A stretch of 64,000 bases of DNA. Source: Candidatus Velthaea sp. Lineage in GTDB: Bacteria > Vulcanimicrobiota > Vulcanimicrobiia > Vulcanimicrobiales > Vulcanimicrobiaceae. Positions 9,457 through 17,945 of this stretch are shown piece after piece. The notes under the pieces were generated by a model, which was given only the letters and a program-made list of their open reading frames with translations, had not been told where the DNA came from and made no database searches. The stretch covers positions 39,328-103,327 of the forward strand of contig JBEKHC010000039.1 of NCBI GenBank assembly GCA_050012475.1. Reading direction: 5' to 3'. A program made the translations under genes and the position numbers. Within the stretch, counting starts at the first letter, position 1; each line of letters begins with the position of its first letter.

Positions 9457-10265
9457 CAGCCCGGAAGCGCCGTTCCGTGGTAGACCTTGACCAAGGCGCT
9501 CTTGATATCGTTGTTCTCGTACGACGCCACGAGCGTGCGCACCCAGGTTTCGTTCTCCTCACCCGTTTTCACCGCGATGAAGTTGCGGTACGGGTTGTCC
9601 TTGGCGGGCTCGGTCGCGATGCGGTCTTTCTGCGTGAGCTTCGACTTGGCGGCCCAGTCGGTGTTGACGACGGCGGCATCCACGTCGTCGATCGAGCGGC
9701 CCACGATGCCGGCGTCGAGTTCGCGCACGACGATGTTTTTCGGATTGCTGACGATATCGGTCTGCGTCGCCGTTATGCCGGAGCCTTCGCGCAGCTTGAT
9801 CAGGCCGACGTCCTCGAGCAGCACCAGCGCGCGGCCTTCATTGCTTGGATCGTTCGGCACGCCGATCTTTGCGCCGGCCGGCAGATCGGCGACGCTGCGA
9901 TGCTTGTGCGAATACAGTCCGATCGGCCAAATCGCCGTGTAACCGGCGATCGCGATATGATAGCCGCGCGTCTTGATCTGATTGTCGAGATACGGCTTGT
10001 GTTGGAATGCATTCGCATCCAGTTCGCCGTGTTCGAGTGCTTCATTGGGTTGCGTGTAGTCGTTGAACGTCACGACCTTCACGTTGAGACCGCGCTTCTT
10101 GGCCTCTTGCACGACGAGGGCCCAGAGGTCCTCATCCTCACCGCTTTCGATGCCGACGCGGACGGGATTCGGGGCGCTGTCCGCGTGCGCGAGGAGCGGC
10201 AGCGAACCGCCGAACAGAACGCTGGCTGCGAGGACGGCGACAGCCCAGCGGCGATAAATCTTCAC
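9453..10265 (-). CDS. metQ: MetQ/NlpA-family substrate-binding protein
   Basis: FNDYTQPN, DANAFQHKPYL, PNDPSNEGRAL; start set to GTG 10265 behind AAGGAG (the track's 10418 start runs through the attenuator). Confidence 0.9.
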   Translation of the reverse strand: MKIYRRWAVAVLAASVLFGGSLPLLAHADSAPNPVRVGIESGEDEDLWALVVQEAKKRGLNVKVVTFNDYTQPNEALEHGELDANAFQHKPYLDNQIKTRGYHIAIAGYTAIWPIGLYSHKHRSVADLPAGAKIGVPNDPSNEGRALVLLEDVGLIKLREGSGITATQTDIVSNPKNIVVRELDAGIVGRSIDDVDAAVVNTDWAAKSKLTQKDRIATEPAKDNPYRNFIAVKTGEENETWVRTLVASYENNDIKSALVKVYHGTALPGW

Positions 10266-10311
10266 GACGAGAAAACTCCTTGCATGAGTGCGGGGTGAAA
10301 TGACATGAAAT

Positions 10312-10477
10312 AAAAAAGCCCTCGACCGATCGGTAGAGGGCAAAATCTTGCGCTCCCGCGTCTTTAGACGCGCGCAAACCTCTTCCGACCTATTATGGGC
10401 GCCGACGAACACCGACACATCGCGCTGGCGGAAGAACTCATGGCGCTACGCTACCATCCCGTTGCGCGGCGTGTCAA
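10312..10477 (-). promoter_or_regulatory. Putative Cys attenuator L2: leader MSSSASAMCRCSSAPIIGRKRFARV (10441-10364), terminator 10341-10312
   Basis: TTGACA-18-TAGCGT (TG-extended), ATG 6 nt later; leader GGTCGGAAGAGG pairs 11/12 with terminator arm CCTCTACCGATC; T6 tract. Confidence 0.82.
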
Positions 10478-10782
10478 CCATCGCCCACGCCAACGTTGCC
10501 TTTCCGCTCCAACTCGCCGGACCGCCGCGCAGCGAGATCGCAGCGCGCGGTGGTCTTTGCAGGCGCCACGTCATTTCCGTGGGCGCAACATCGCGCTCGA
10601 ATCCCAACCGCGCGAAATCGTGCGTAGCGACCAGGCCGCGCAGGACGAGCCTCCCATCGTTCGCGCGCTCAAGCGTGTCGGATTGACCGCGTTTGCGCGC
10701 CCGCGCGGGGACGGCCGAACGCTGTTCGAGATAAACGTTCGCCGGATGGGCGATCCGGCAGGCGGGTCCTCGCACAGCCGCG

Positions 10783-10941
10783 TAAGTTGTCGCTCTGCAA
10801 TGTACCCATCCACTTTCTGTTGTGCTTGTCGGTGTTCGACTGCTCCATTGGGCACGCCGGTGAGGTATATGCGCGCTTAAGCGATCGTCGCAATTCAGCC
10901 CGTACAAGCCCTCTACCGACCGTAGCGGGCTTTTTCTTTTT
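10783..10941 (+). promoter_or_regulatory. Putative Cys attenuator L3: leader MYPSTFCCACRCSTAPLGTPVRYMRA (10800-10880), terminator 10906-10941
   Basis: Four TGT codons; AAGCCCTCTAC..GTAGCGGGCTTTTTCTTTTT hairpin; possible -10 TAAGTT but no clear -35. Confidence 0.8.
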
Positions 10942-10985
10942 GCTTTCGAGCCATCAACTGAGGACACAATGTCAGGGGTCACACG

Positions 10986-12278
10986 ATGAAATCTTATTTC
11001 GCGATCGCTCTTTGCGCGATCGTCGCCGGCCTGCCGTCTGCCGCGCTGGCAACTGACGGGTATTTCACTCTCGGGACGGGCCCGATCCAAGACGGGCTGG
11101 CTGGGGCGGGCGTCGCACTTCCGCAAGATAGCGCGGTTGCGGCCGTCAACCCCGCAGGCCTCGTTCGCGTCGGCAACACCTGGGAGTTCGGCGCCGCACT
11201 TTTCGCACCGTATCGGCAATATTCGGTGGACGGAACGCCGTCCGGTGCGACCGGGACGTTCGGGCTCGCGCGCGGCACCGTGAAAAGCTTGGACGATAAC
11301 TTTCTGCTTCCGCACGCATCGTTGAGCCGTCGAATCGACACGAAATCCGCCTGGGGCCTGGCCTTTTACGGCAACGGCGGCCTGAATACAACCTACCCGG
11401 GGGCAGGTCCCGGGACGGGTACCTTCTTCGCGGGCCCGACCGGCGTCAATCTCGTGCAGATCTTTCTCGCGCCCACCTATTCCCGCGCGATCGGCGACAA
11501 ACTCGCGGTCGGGGTCTCGCTGACCGGATCGTACCAGGCGTTTCGTGCGACGGGGTTGGCGAACTTCGGACCGTTCGTAAGCGACGGCCATCCTGGCAAT
11601 CTTGCCAATCGCGGCGCGGAAGGCTCATGGGGAGTCGGCGGCCGTGTTGGGGTGCTCTACGACGCGACGCCGGCCTTGACGCTCGGCGCGGCATATCAGA
11701 GCGTTACGTCACAGTCGTCGTTCGCGAAGTACGCGGACCTTTTCGCGCAGCAAGGTAGCTTCAACATTCCGGCGACGGCCACGGCCGGTCTCGCCTGGAA
11801 ATTCGCGCCGTCCGTGGTCGCGCTCGACGTCGAGCACATCTGGTACGGCCGCATCGCGGCGGTGGCGAATCCATTTTCCAATCTCAACATCGGCCTGGCC
11901 ACGGGCAACCCGTCGTACTTGCTCGGGGGCACGAACGGTCCGGGATTCGGCTGGCACGACACCACGTTCTACAAGGCCGGATACCAAATCGCGTTGTCGC
12001 AGCGCCTGACGTTGCGCGCCGGTGCCGCCTATGGACGGCAACCAATTCCGTCGTCCGACGTGTTGTTCAACATACTCGCACCGGCGGTTACCGAATGGCA
12101 CTTCGCGCTTGGAGGAACGGTGAAGACGACCAACCATGGCGAAGTGAGTGCGGCCGTCGTCGACGTGCCAACGGGCTCGGTGAGCGGACCAAACCCGCTC
12201 GAGGTGCCCGGACGCCAGCAGATCATGCTCGCGATGCATCAATTCGAGATCGAAGTCGGCTACGGCCGCAAATATTGA
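10986..12278 (+). CDS. FadL/TodX-family outer-membrane transport protein
   Basis: Signal peptide, GLAGAGVA..NPAGL N-terminal motif, GNGGLNT, beta-barrel pattern ending in Tyr. Confidence 0.82.
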   Translation: MKSYFAIALCAIVAGLPSAALATDGYFTLGTGPIQDGLAGAGVALPQDSAVAAVNPAGLVRVGNTWEFGAALFAPYRQYSVDGTPSGATGTFGLARGTVKSLDDNFLLPHASLSRRIDTKSAWGLAFYGNGGLNTTYPGAGPGTGTFFAGPTGVNLVQIFLAPTYSRAIGDKLAVGVSLTGSYQAFRATGLANFGPFVSDGHPGNLANRGAEGSWGVGGRVGVLYDATPALTLGAAYQSVTSQSSFAKYADLFAQQGSFNIPATATAGLAWKFAPSVVALDVEHIWYGRIAAVANPFSNLNIGLATGNPSYLLGGTNGPGFGWHDTTFYKAGYQIALSQRLTLRAGAAYGRQPIPSSDVLFNILAPAVTEWHFALGGTVKTTNHGEVSAAVVDVPTGSVSGPNPLEVPGRQQIMLAMHQFEIEVGYGRKY

Positions 12279-12285
12279 TGGAACG

Positions 12286-12747
12286 ATGATAATACACCCC
12301 GCACCTGCGCAATCCGATTGCATCACGCTCATCCCGCTATCGATCGTCCGGCTCAACCGGTTGACGATTTTGTGCAGCGTGATCCTCGCTTACGTGCTGC
12401 ACGCACCGCTCATTACGACCGCGTTGTTCGTCATCGTGACGCTCGCCGCCGGTTTCGGGCGCCGCGCCAGCCTCATCTATGCCGTCGGCCGGCTCGTTCT
12501 GCGACCGGCCAAGCCGGCAACCGACGGTGAAGACCCGCGCTTGATGCGCTTCAACAACACGCTCGCCGCGATCATCCTCGGTCTCGCGCAAGTCGCTTTC
12601 GTTCTGCACGCACCGCTCGTTGGTTGGATTTTCGCCGGCCTGGCCGCGCTCGCCGCGGCGGTCGCGCTTGCCGGCTTCTGCTTCGGCTGTTTCTTGTTCT
12701 ACCAGTTTAAACTCAACCGCGCCCGGCTCTTTGGTTCGACGAAGTGA
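12286..12747 (+). CDS. DUF4395-like membrane protein
   Basis: EDPRLMRFN and GFCFGCFLFY motifs, four hydrophobic segments. Confidence 0.75.
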   Translation: MIIHPAPAQSDCITLIPLSIVRLNRLTILCSVILAYVLHAPLITTALFVIVTLAAGFGRRASLIYAVGRLVLRPAKPATDGEDPRLMRFNNTLAAIILGLAQVAFVLHAPLVGWIFAGLAALAAAVALAGFCFGCFLFYQFKLNRARLFGSTK

Positions 12748-12875
12748 TCGAGTCTGGTCGCCGGTTCTCGGCAAAGTAATTCCCGAATCCTTAGCGCCCG
12801 CTCGCACGGCGCCGGCCGGATCATCGAGGCACTTGTGCGCAGGCGCCAATTCAGCGTTGCCCGTAGATTACGACC

Positions 12876-13892
12876 ATGAACGCGAATGCAAACACCGGCG
12901 CAACGCACGGCTTTGTCGGTACGATCGGGAACACGCCGTTGATCGAACTGCCGAAACTATCGGCCGCGCTCGGACGAACGATTCTCGGGAAGGCCGAATT
13001 CTTGAATCCCGGCGGGTCGGTAAAAGATCGCGCGGCGCGCGGCATTATCGAGGATTTCGAGCGCCGCGGTCTCCTCGTACCGGGCGGCACGGTCGTCGAA
13101 GGCACCGCCGGCAATACGGGCATTGGCCTGGCCCTGGTCGGCAACGCGCGCGGCTATCGCACGGTCATCGTCATGCCCGACGATCAGGCCGAAGAGAAGT
13201 ACGCACTGCTGCGAGCATATGGAGCGGATCTACACGTCGTCGAAGCCGCGCCGTTCACCAATGAAACGAAGAACTACTACCACGTTGCTCGGCGACTGGC
13301 CGAATCGATCCCGGGCGCCGTGTGGGCGAATCAATTCGAGAACACCGCGAACTACGACGCCCACGAACGGACGACCGGGCCGGAAATCTACGCGCAAGCT
13401 GGGGGCAACCTCACCGCCTTCGTCGCCGCCGCGGGAACCGGCGGGACCATCGCCGGCGTCGGCCGCGCCCTGCGCGAGCGAGATCCGCGCATCAAGATCG
13501 TACTCGCCGACCCATACGGCTCGGCGCTCTTCAACTACATCAAACACGGCAAGCTCGAAGCCGAAGGCGATTCGAATGCCGAAGGGATTGGAATCAAGCG
13601 GATCACCGCCAATTTCAGCGCCGCACCGATCGACGACGCTGTGCGCATCGACGATCGAACCATGGTCGAGATGGCGCACTGGCTCTTGCGGGAAGAAGGA
13701 CTGTTTCTCGGTGGGTCAGCGGGTCTCAATGTCGCCGCCGCCGCCCGTTTTGCCGCGACACTGCCGGCCGGCAGCCGCATCGCCACGATCCTGTGCGACG
13801 GAGGCGACCGTTACCGTTCGCGCCTGTACGATAGCGCATGGTTAGCTGAAAACGGCGTCACTCCAACCGCGCATGATCTCTCATTCCTCTGA
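12876..13892 (+). CDS. cysK: Cysteine synthase (O-acetylserine sulfhydrylase family)
   Basis: IGNTPL, KAEFLNPGGSVKDR (PLP Lys), GTAGNTG, GTGGT. Confidence 0.9.
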   Translation: MNANANTGATHGFVGTIGNTPLIELPKLSAALGRTILGKAEFLNPGGSVKDRAARGIIEDFERRGLLVPGGTVVEGTAGNTGIGLALVGNARGYRTVIVMPDDQAEEKYALLRAYGADLHVVEAAPFTNETKNYYHVARRLAESIPGAVWANQFENTANYDAHERTTGPEIYAQAGGNLTAFVAAAGTGGTIAGVGRALRERDPRIKIVLADPYGSALFNYIKHGKLEAEGDSNAEGIGIKRITANFSAAPIDDAVRIDDRTMVEMAHWLLREEGLFLGGSAGLNVAAAARFAATLPAGSRIATILCDGGDRYRSRLYDSAWLAENGVTPTAHDLSFL

Positions 13893-14020
13893 AAGTCCCG
13901 TTTCAAGCGTCCTGATGAAGATCATTGACCAGTCGTGTACGCTAGGCTCCCGTTGCGCGGCGCCTCAACGTTTGTGCATTTGCTGAAATCGCCGGGCACG
14001 AGCGTTCCAGGGCAGTGCGT

Positions 14021-14100
14021 TATCCGCTATATTGGACAAGCGGGAGGTTAAAGCGGAACCGAGCCCTTCTTCATCACCCAAAATTCCGTTGTAGTGGACA
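14021..14100. promoter_or_regulatory. Pair of imperfect palindromes TCC-N8-GGACA (14021-14038, 14083-14100), candidate operators
   Basis: TATCCGCTATATTGGACA and ATTCCGTTGTAGTGGACA, 62 bp apart, upstream of the Met-rich gene. Confidence 0.45.
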
Positions 14101-14234
14101 GGATGGTATCGATGTCCCATTTGTAGCATTGTCTGCCCCTTACAAGCGCGTTACGATTGAATCACCAGCACGGCCAAGGTTGATGGTCGAGCAAACGAGA
14201 CTATCGCTTTCCACAGCAAAAGGATGCTAAAACG

Positions 14235-14651
14235 ATGATGCCCGCGATGCAGATGCCGACGAACGGAATGATGAACCCCATGATGAGCATGCCGATGAAC
14301 CCAATGATGAGCATGCCGATGAACCCGATGATGAACCCCATGATGATGAACGGCATGATGGGCATGCCGATGAATCCGATGATGATGAACATGATGGGCA
14401 TGCCGATGAATCCCATGATGATGAACGGCATGATGGGCATGCCAATGCCAATGCCGATGATGATGTGTACAATGACCTGCGAGATGACGCCCGAAGGCAT
14501 GGTCTGTACCATGAAGCCGATGGACGGCATGTCGATGGATATGATGAAAGACTGTTGCGAACGCATGAACGCAGCAATGTCGATGGGAATGCCCGCGATG
14601 ATGATGTGTTCCAATATGCCCATGATGATGTGCATGCCCGCGAAGAAATAG
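14235..14651 (+). CDS. Extremely methionine-rich protein (62 Met + 7 Cys in 138 aa), putative sulfur-storage protein
   Basis: AAAAGGA RBS, repeats of MPMNPMM, Cys-containing C-terminal half, followed by a terminator. Confidence 0.8.
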   Translation: MMPAMQMPTNGMMNPMMSMPMNPMMSMPMNPMMNPMMMNGMMGMPMNPMMMNMMGMPMNPMMMNGMMGMPMPMPMMMCTMTCEMTPEGMVCTMKPMDGMSMDMMKDCCERMNAAMSMGMPAMMMCSNMPMMMCMPAKK

Positions 14652-14678
14652 CTGCCCGACGCACCTGGCGGCTTTTTT
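14651..14678 (+). terminator. Intrinsic terminator after the Met-rich gene
   Basis: GCTGCC-loop-GGCGGC followed by T6. Confidence 0.6.
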
Positions 14679-14775
14679 ATCCGAAAACAGGGGCGCTTCG
14701 ATCAGGCCGACGTTTCGATGACGCTGCGGAACGTCGGCCTCGAAGTGAATTGCATTCCCGCTTCAAACAAGCGCG

Positions 14776-14950
14776 ATGGGGGTGGGTCTCACCGATAACT
14801 ACGTTGCTGGATTCGTAACGCCGCCGTTGTTCCATCGTCGTCGATCACTTCGGCTTCGCTCTCGCCTGGCGTTTACTCGCACTCTTATTGACCGGCGCGG
14901 CGCTGATCGTGCTGTTCGGCGGCGACCATGTTCGACGAGGAATATCGTGA
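14776..14950 (+). pseudogene. Frameshifted C-terminal fragment of an MFS-like transporter
   Basis: MGVGLTDNYVAGFVTPPLF, then a frameshift to VVDHFGFALAWRLLALLLTGAALIVLFG, resembling the last two MFS helices. Confidence 0.45.
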
Positions 14951-15037
14951 AGGCCCAAGGCCCTCACTTTTGCGCAGCGCCCGACCGAGTTCATTTGCCA
15001 GCACAATGCCATGGCTCAGCCGTGCACAAAAGGTTTT

Positions 15038-15613
15038 CTATCCGATCGGGTCGACGTATGTCATTACCAAAAACATGAGCGCTTCGATTTGGCCGACATT
15101 TCGATAATGATGGGGAACGTCGGCATCGAAGAGAATCGCATCGCCGACTTCGAGAACGTGGAGTTGCGCCTCGACCGCAATTTCCACAGTTCCCTTGCTG
15201 ACCACTAAGTTCTCGACGGTTCCCGTCGCATGGGCTTCGGCTTTTTCCAGACCCTTCGAACTCAGGCGCAATTCGTAGAATTCGACTCTGCGTTGACTAT
15301 CGAAAGGGAACAACGCTCGCGACGTAAACTCCCGCGAACTCGATATCAGGACTTTCGAGTCGGCTGCTTTTAATACCGTGGGACCGTGGCTGTGCGGTCC
15401 GCCGGTGAGGGCAGATAGCGGAATCTCCAGCGCTCTTGCGACTTTCCAAAGCAGGTTGATCGTCGGAGCACTGCGTCCCAGTTCAATTTGGCCGAGCATC
15501 GCCCGGCTGACGCCGGAGATTTGCGCGAGACGCTCGAGCGAGTATCCGCGGCGGGATCGCAGCAGCCGCAAATTATGGCCGACGACTGCCGAAAGATCCT
15601 CTTCATCGGCCAA
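15038..15613 (-). CDS. XRE-family HTH + cupin transcriptional regulator (SutR-like architecture)
   Basis: SLERLAQISGVSRAMLGQIELGRSAPTINLLWKVA HTH; GDAILFDADVPHHYRN cupin. Confidence 0.9.
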   Translation of the reverse strand: MADEEDLSAVVGHNLRLLRSRRGYSLERLAQISGVSRAMLGQIELGRSAPTINLLWKVARALEIPLSALTGGPHSHGPTVLKAADSKVLISSSREFTSRALFPFDSQRRVEFYELRLSSKGLEKAEAHATGTVENLVVSKGTVEIAVEAQLHVLEVGDAILFDADVPHHYRNVGQIEALMFLVMTYVDPIG

Positions 15614-15625
15614 CGTGACGACTAA

Positions 15626-15793
15626 CTAAAAGGGCCGATTGAACGCGAACGCGTACGGCAGCGGCATCCAGACATAGCACCACATGACCGGCATGACGGC
15701 TGTGCGCGGCTGAGCTGCGGCAAGCTTCGCTTCTTCCCGGCGGCGCCGATATGCTTCGAGGTCGTGAACCACTGCCAGGGTGGCGGATGCCAT
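15626..15793 (-). CDS. Small hypothetical protein (55 aa)
   Basis: GGAGAG RBS before ATG 15793; lies between attenuator L4 and the regulator. Confidence 0.5.
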   Translation of the reverse strand: MASATLAVVHDLEAYRRRREEAKLAAAQPRTAVMPVMWCYVWMPLPYAFAFNRPF

Positions 15794-15839
15794 TTCATTC
15801 TCTCCGAGGGTGCAACGTGAAGTGCGGCGGCGGATCCGC

Positions 15840-16006
15840 AAAAAAGAACCTCTCGCCGACGGACGAGAGGTTCTTGGAACTCGCTGCTTGACGCTACGAG
15901 AGCACGCCTAGTCCAAACGGCTCGCTATGAGCTTCCCAGGGCGACAGCGTCGACACAACATGCTTTCCATCCAGCGTAATCTATCATGTGCCCCAACCAA
16001 CGTCAA
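15840..16006 (-). promoter_or_regulatory. Putative Cys attenuator L4: leader MESMLCRRCRPGKLIASRLD (15970-15908), terminator 15875-15840
   Basis: TTGACG-17-TAGATT, ATG 7 nt later; stem AAGAACCTCTCG/CGAGAGGTTCTT running into a T tract. Confidence 0.8.
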
Positions 16007-16288
16007 TCGCTTTGGACGTAAAGCCTTACCCGAGACGCGGCTCCCCATGTCCAGTCAGATGATAGCTCCATCTCGATAGCCAGCCGGGCGGCAAGATGAG
16101 CGCGCGCCCGGAAACCCAACGGCGCCGAGACCCCGTCGGCGTTGCGGGACGGAGCGCTCAAGCCGGTAAGACTCTCGGTAGCAACCTTCCCGGGGCCGCC
16201 GTTCACGGTTCACGCTGCCGGCGGCCGGCGGCCGGTGCGGCCAGCCCCGGGTTCCGGCATCTTACTGCCGGCAGCTTGCCCGTCAACC

Positions 16289-16450
16289 TTGACGTCCGGA
16301 ACCGGCGATGGTACTATGCCCTGCATGAACGTTGCGAGCGCATCGTCGTGTTGCCGTTGTCTCGGTCCCTCACCCGGCGTAGCGGCATGACTTGATCGCA
16401 GCAGCGTGCGACTCTTGAGCGCCCTCGCCAAAACGGTTGAGGGCTTTTTT
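16289..16450 (+). promoter_or_regulatory. Putative Cys attenuator L5: leader MNVASASSCCRCLGPSPGVAA (16325-16390), terminator 16421-16450
   Basis: TTGACG-17-TACTAT, ATG 7 nt later; GCCCTC..GAGGGC-T6. Confidence 0.85.
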
Positions 16451-16479
16451 AATTCCGAACGCGTCTCATTTCCCGGGCA

Positions 16480-17280
16480 GTGGACGGCGCCGAAATCGTT
16501 TCTCGCTCGTCTTCACCCATGATCGAACTCGACGGGGTCGGCAAGACATACGCAAGTGGTGAGTCGACGGCCGTCGCGTTAGCGGACGTGCATCTTCGCA
16601 TCCGTGCTGGCGAGATTTTTGGTGTCATCGGTCGCAGCGGCGCTGGCAAATCAACGCTCGTGCGGTGTATGAACCTCCTGGTGCGGCCCACTCTCGGCAC
16701 GGTTCGCATCGACGGCGTGGAATTGACCGCCCTGCGCGAGCGCGAACTGCGCCGCGAACGCCGCGAGATCGGCATGGTCTTCCAGCACTTCAGCTTGCTG
16801 GCGTCGCGAACCGTGTATGCCAACGTCGCCTTTCCGCTCGAACTCGCCGGAACGCCGCGCCGCGAGATCGACAGCGCGGTGACGTCGCTGCTGTCATTCG
16901 TCGGTCTGTCAGAACTGCGCGACCGCTATCCGGCGCAAATCAGCGGCGGACAGGCGCAGCGCGTGGGGATCGCCCGCGCGCTGGCCACCCGGCCGAAGGT
17001 GCTGCTCTGCGATGAAGCGACATCCGCTCTCGATCCGCAAACCACCGAGTCGATTCTGGCGCTGCTTCGCCAAACGAACCGTGCGTTCGGCGTCACGATC
17101 GTCATCATCACGCATGAGATGCGCGTCGTTCGAGCGATCTGCGATCGCGTCGCTGTTATCGAGGCGGGCCGGATCGTCGAAATTGCGACACCGGAGGAGA
17201 TCGCACAGGCGCCTCGTTCCGCGACCGCGCGCGCGTTCTTTTCCGGCGACGTTGCCGAAATAACGGTGGCCGGATCGTGA
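16480..17280 (+). CDS. metN: Methionine ABC transporter ATP-binding protein, short form (no NIL domain)
   Basis: GRSGAGKS, IGMVFQHF, LLCDEATSALDP; true start may be ~40 nt downstream. Confidence 0.88.
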   Translation: MDGAEIVSRSSSPMIELDGVGKTYASGESTAVALADVHLRIRAGEIFGVIGRSGAGKSTLVRCMNLLVRPTLGTVRIDGVELTALRERELRRERREIGMVFQHFSLLASRTVYANVAFPLELAGTPRREIDSAVTSLLSFVGLSELRDRYPAQISGGQAQRVGIARALATRPKVLLCDEATSALDPQTTESILALLRQTNRAFGVTIVIITHEMRVVRAICDRVAVIEAGRIVEIATPEEIAQAPRSATARAFFSGDVAEITVAGS

Positions 17281-17936
17281 CGATCCCCGATAATCTCATC
17301 GCACTCATCGCCGGTGCGCTCGGCGAGACACTGCAAATGGTAAGTATCTCCGCGTTGGTCGCGGCGCTCGCCGGCGTCCCGCTGGGCGTGTTGCTCACGG
17401 TCACCGATCGCGGCGGGGTACGGGAGAATTTGCCGCTCAACCGGACGGTCGGTGCGATCGTGAACGCGACCCGCTCGACTCCGTTCATCATCTTGATGGT
17501 CGCGATCATCCCGTTTACCCGCTTTATCGTGCACACGTCGATCGGAACGAACGCTGCGATCGTGCCGCTTTCGGTCGCGGCGATTCCGTTCTTTGGCCGG
17601 CTCGTGCAAGCAAGTCTGCGTGAAGTTCCCGAGCAAGTCGTCGAAGCGGCCAGTGCGATGGGTGCCTCGCCGATGCAGATCGCCGTCTTCGTGTTGCTCC
17701 CCGAAGCCCTGCCCTCGATCGTAGCAGCCTTTACCGTTACGTTCGTCAGCCTGATCGGCTACTCGGCGATGGCCGGCGCCGTGGGCGGCGGCGGCCTCGG
17801 CGATTTAGGCATCCGCTACGGCTACGAGCGGTTTGAGCCGGCCGTCATGCTCGCTACCGTTGCCGTTCTCATCATCCTCGTCCAACTCGTTCAGATGCTT
17901 GGCGACCGCATTGCGCGGCGCCTTTCCCACCGTTAA
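17277..17936 (+). CDS. metI: Methionine ABC transporter permease
   Basis: RSTPFIILMVAIIPFTR, SAMAGAVGGGGLGDLGIRYGY. Confidence 0.92.
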   Translation: MTIPDNLIALIAGALGETLQMVSISALVAALAGVPLGVLLTVTDRGGVRENLPLNRTVGAIVNATRSTPFIILMVAIIPFTRFIVHTSIGTNAAIVPLSVAAIPFFGRLVQASLREVPEQVVEAASAMGASPMQIAVFVLLPEALPSIVAAFTVTFVSLIGYSAMAGAVGGGGLGDLGIRYGYERFEPAVMLATVAVLIILVQLVQMLGDRIARRLSHR

Positions 17937-17945
17937 GGAGTCAAC

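Noticed and set aside
14201..14664. Ile-rich and Ser-rich ORFs on the minus strand
   Set aside because: Antisense shadows of the ATG repeats; the plus-strand Met-rich ORF has the RBS and terminator
10270..16480. SAM riboswitch or T-box upstream of the met transporters
   Set aside because: No SAM-I or T-box consensus recognised; the Cys-leader layout explains the hairpins
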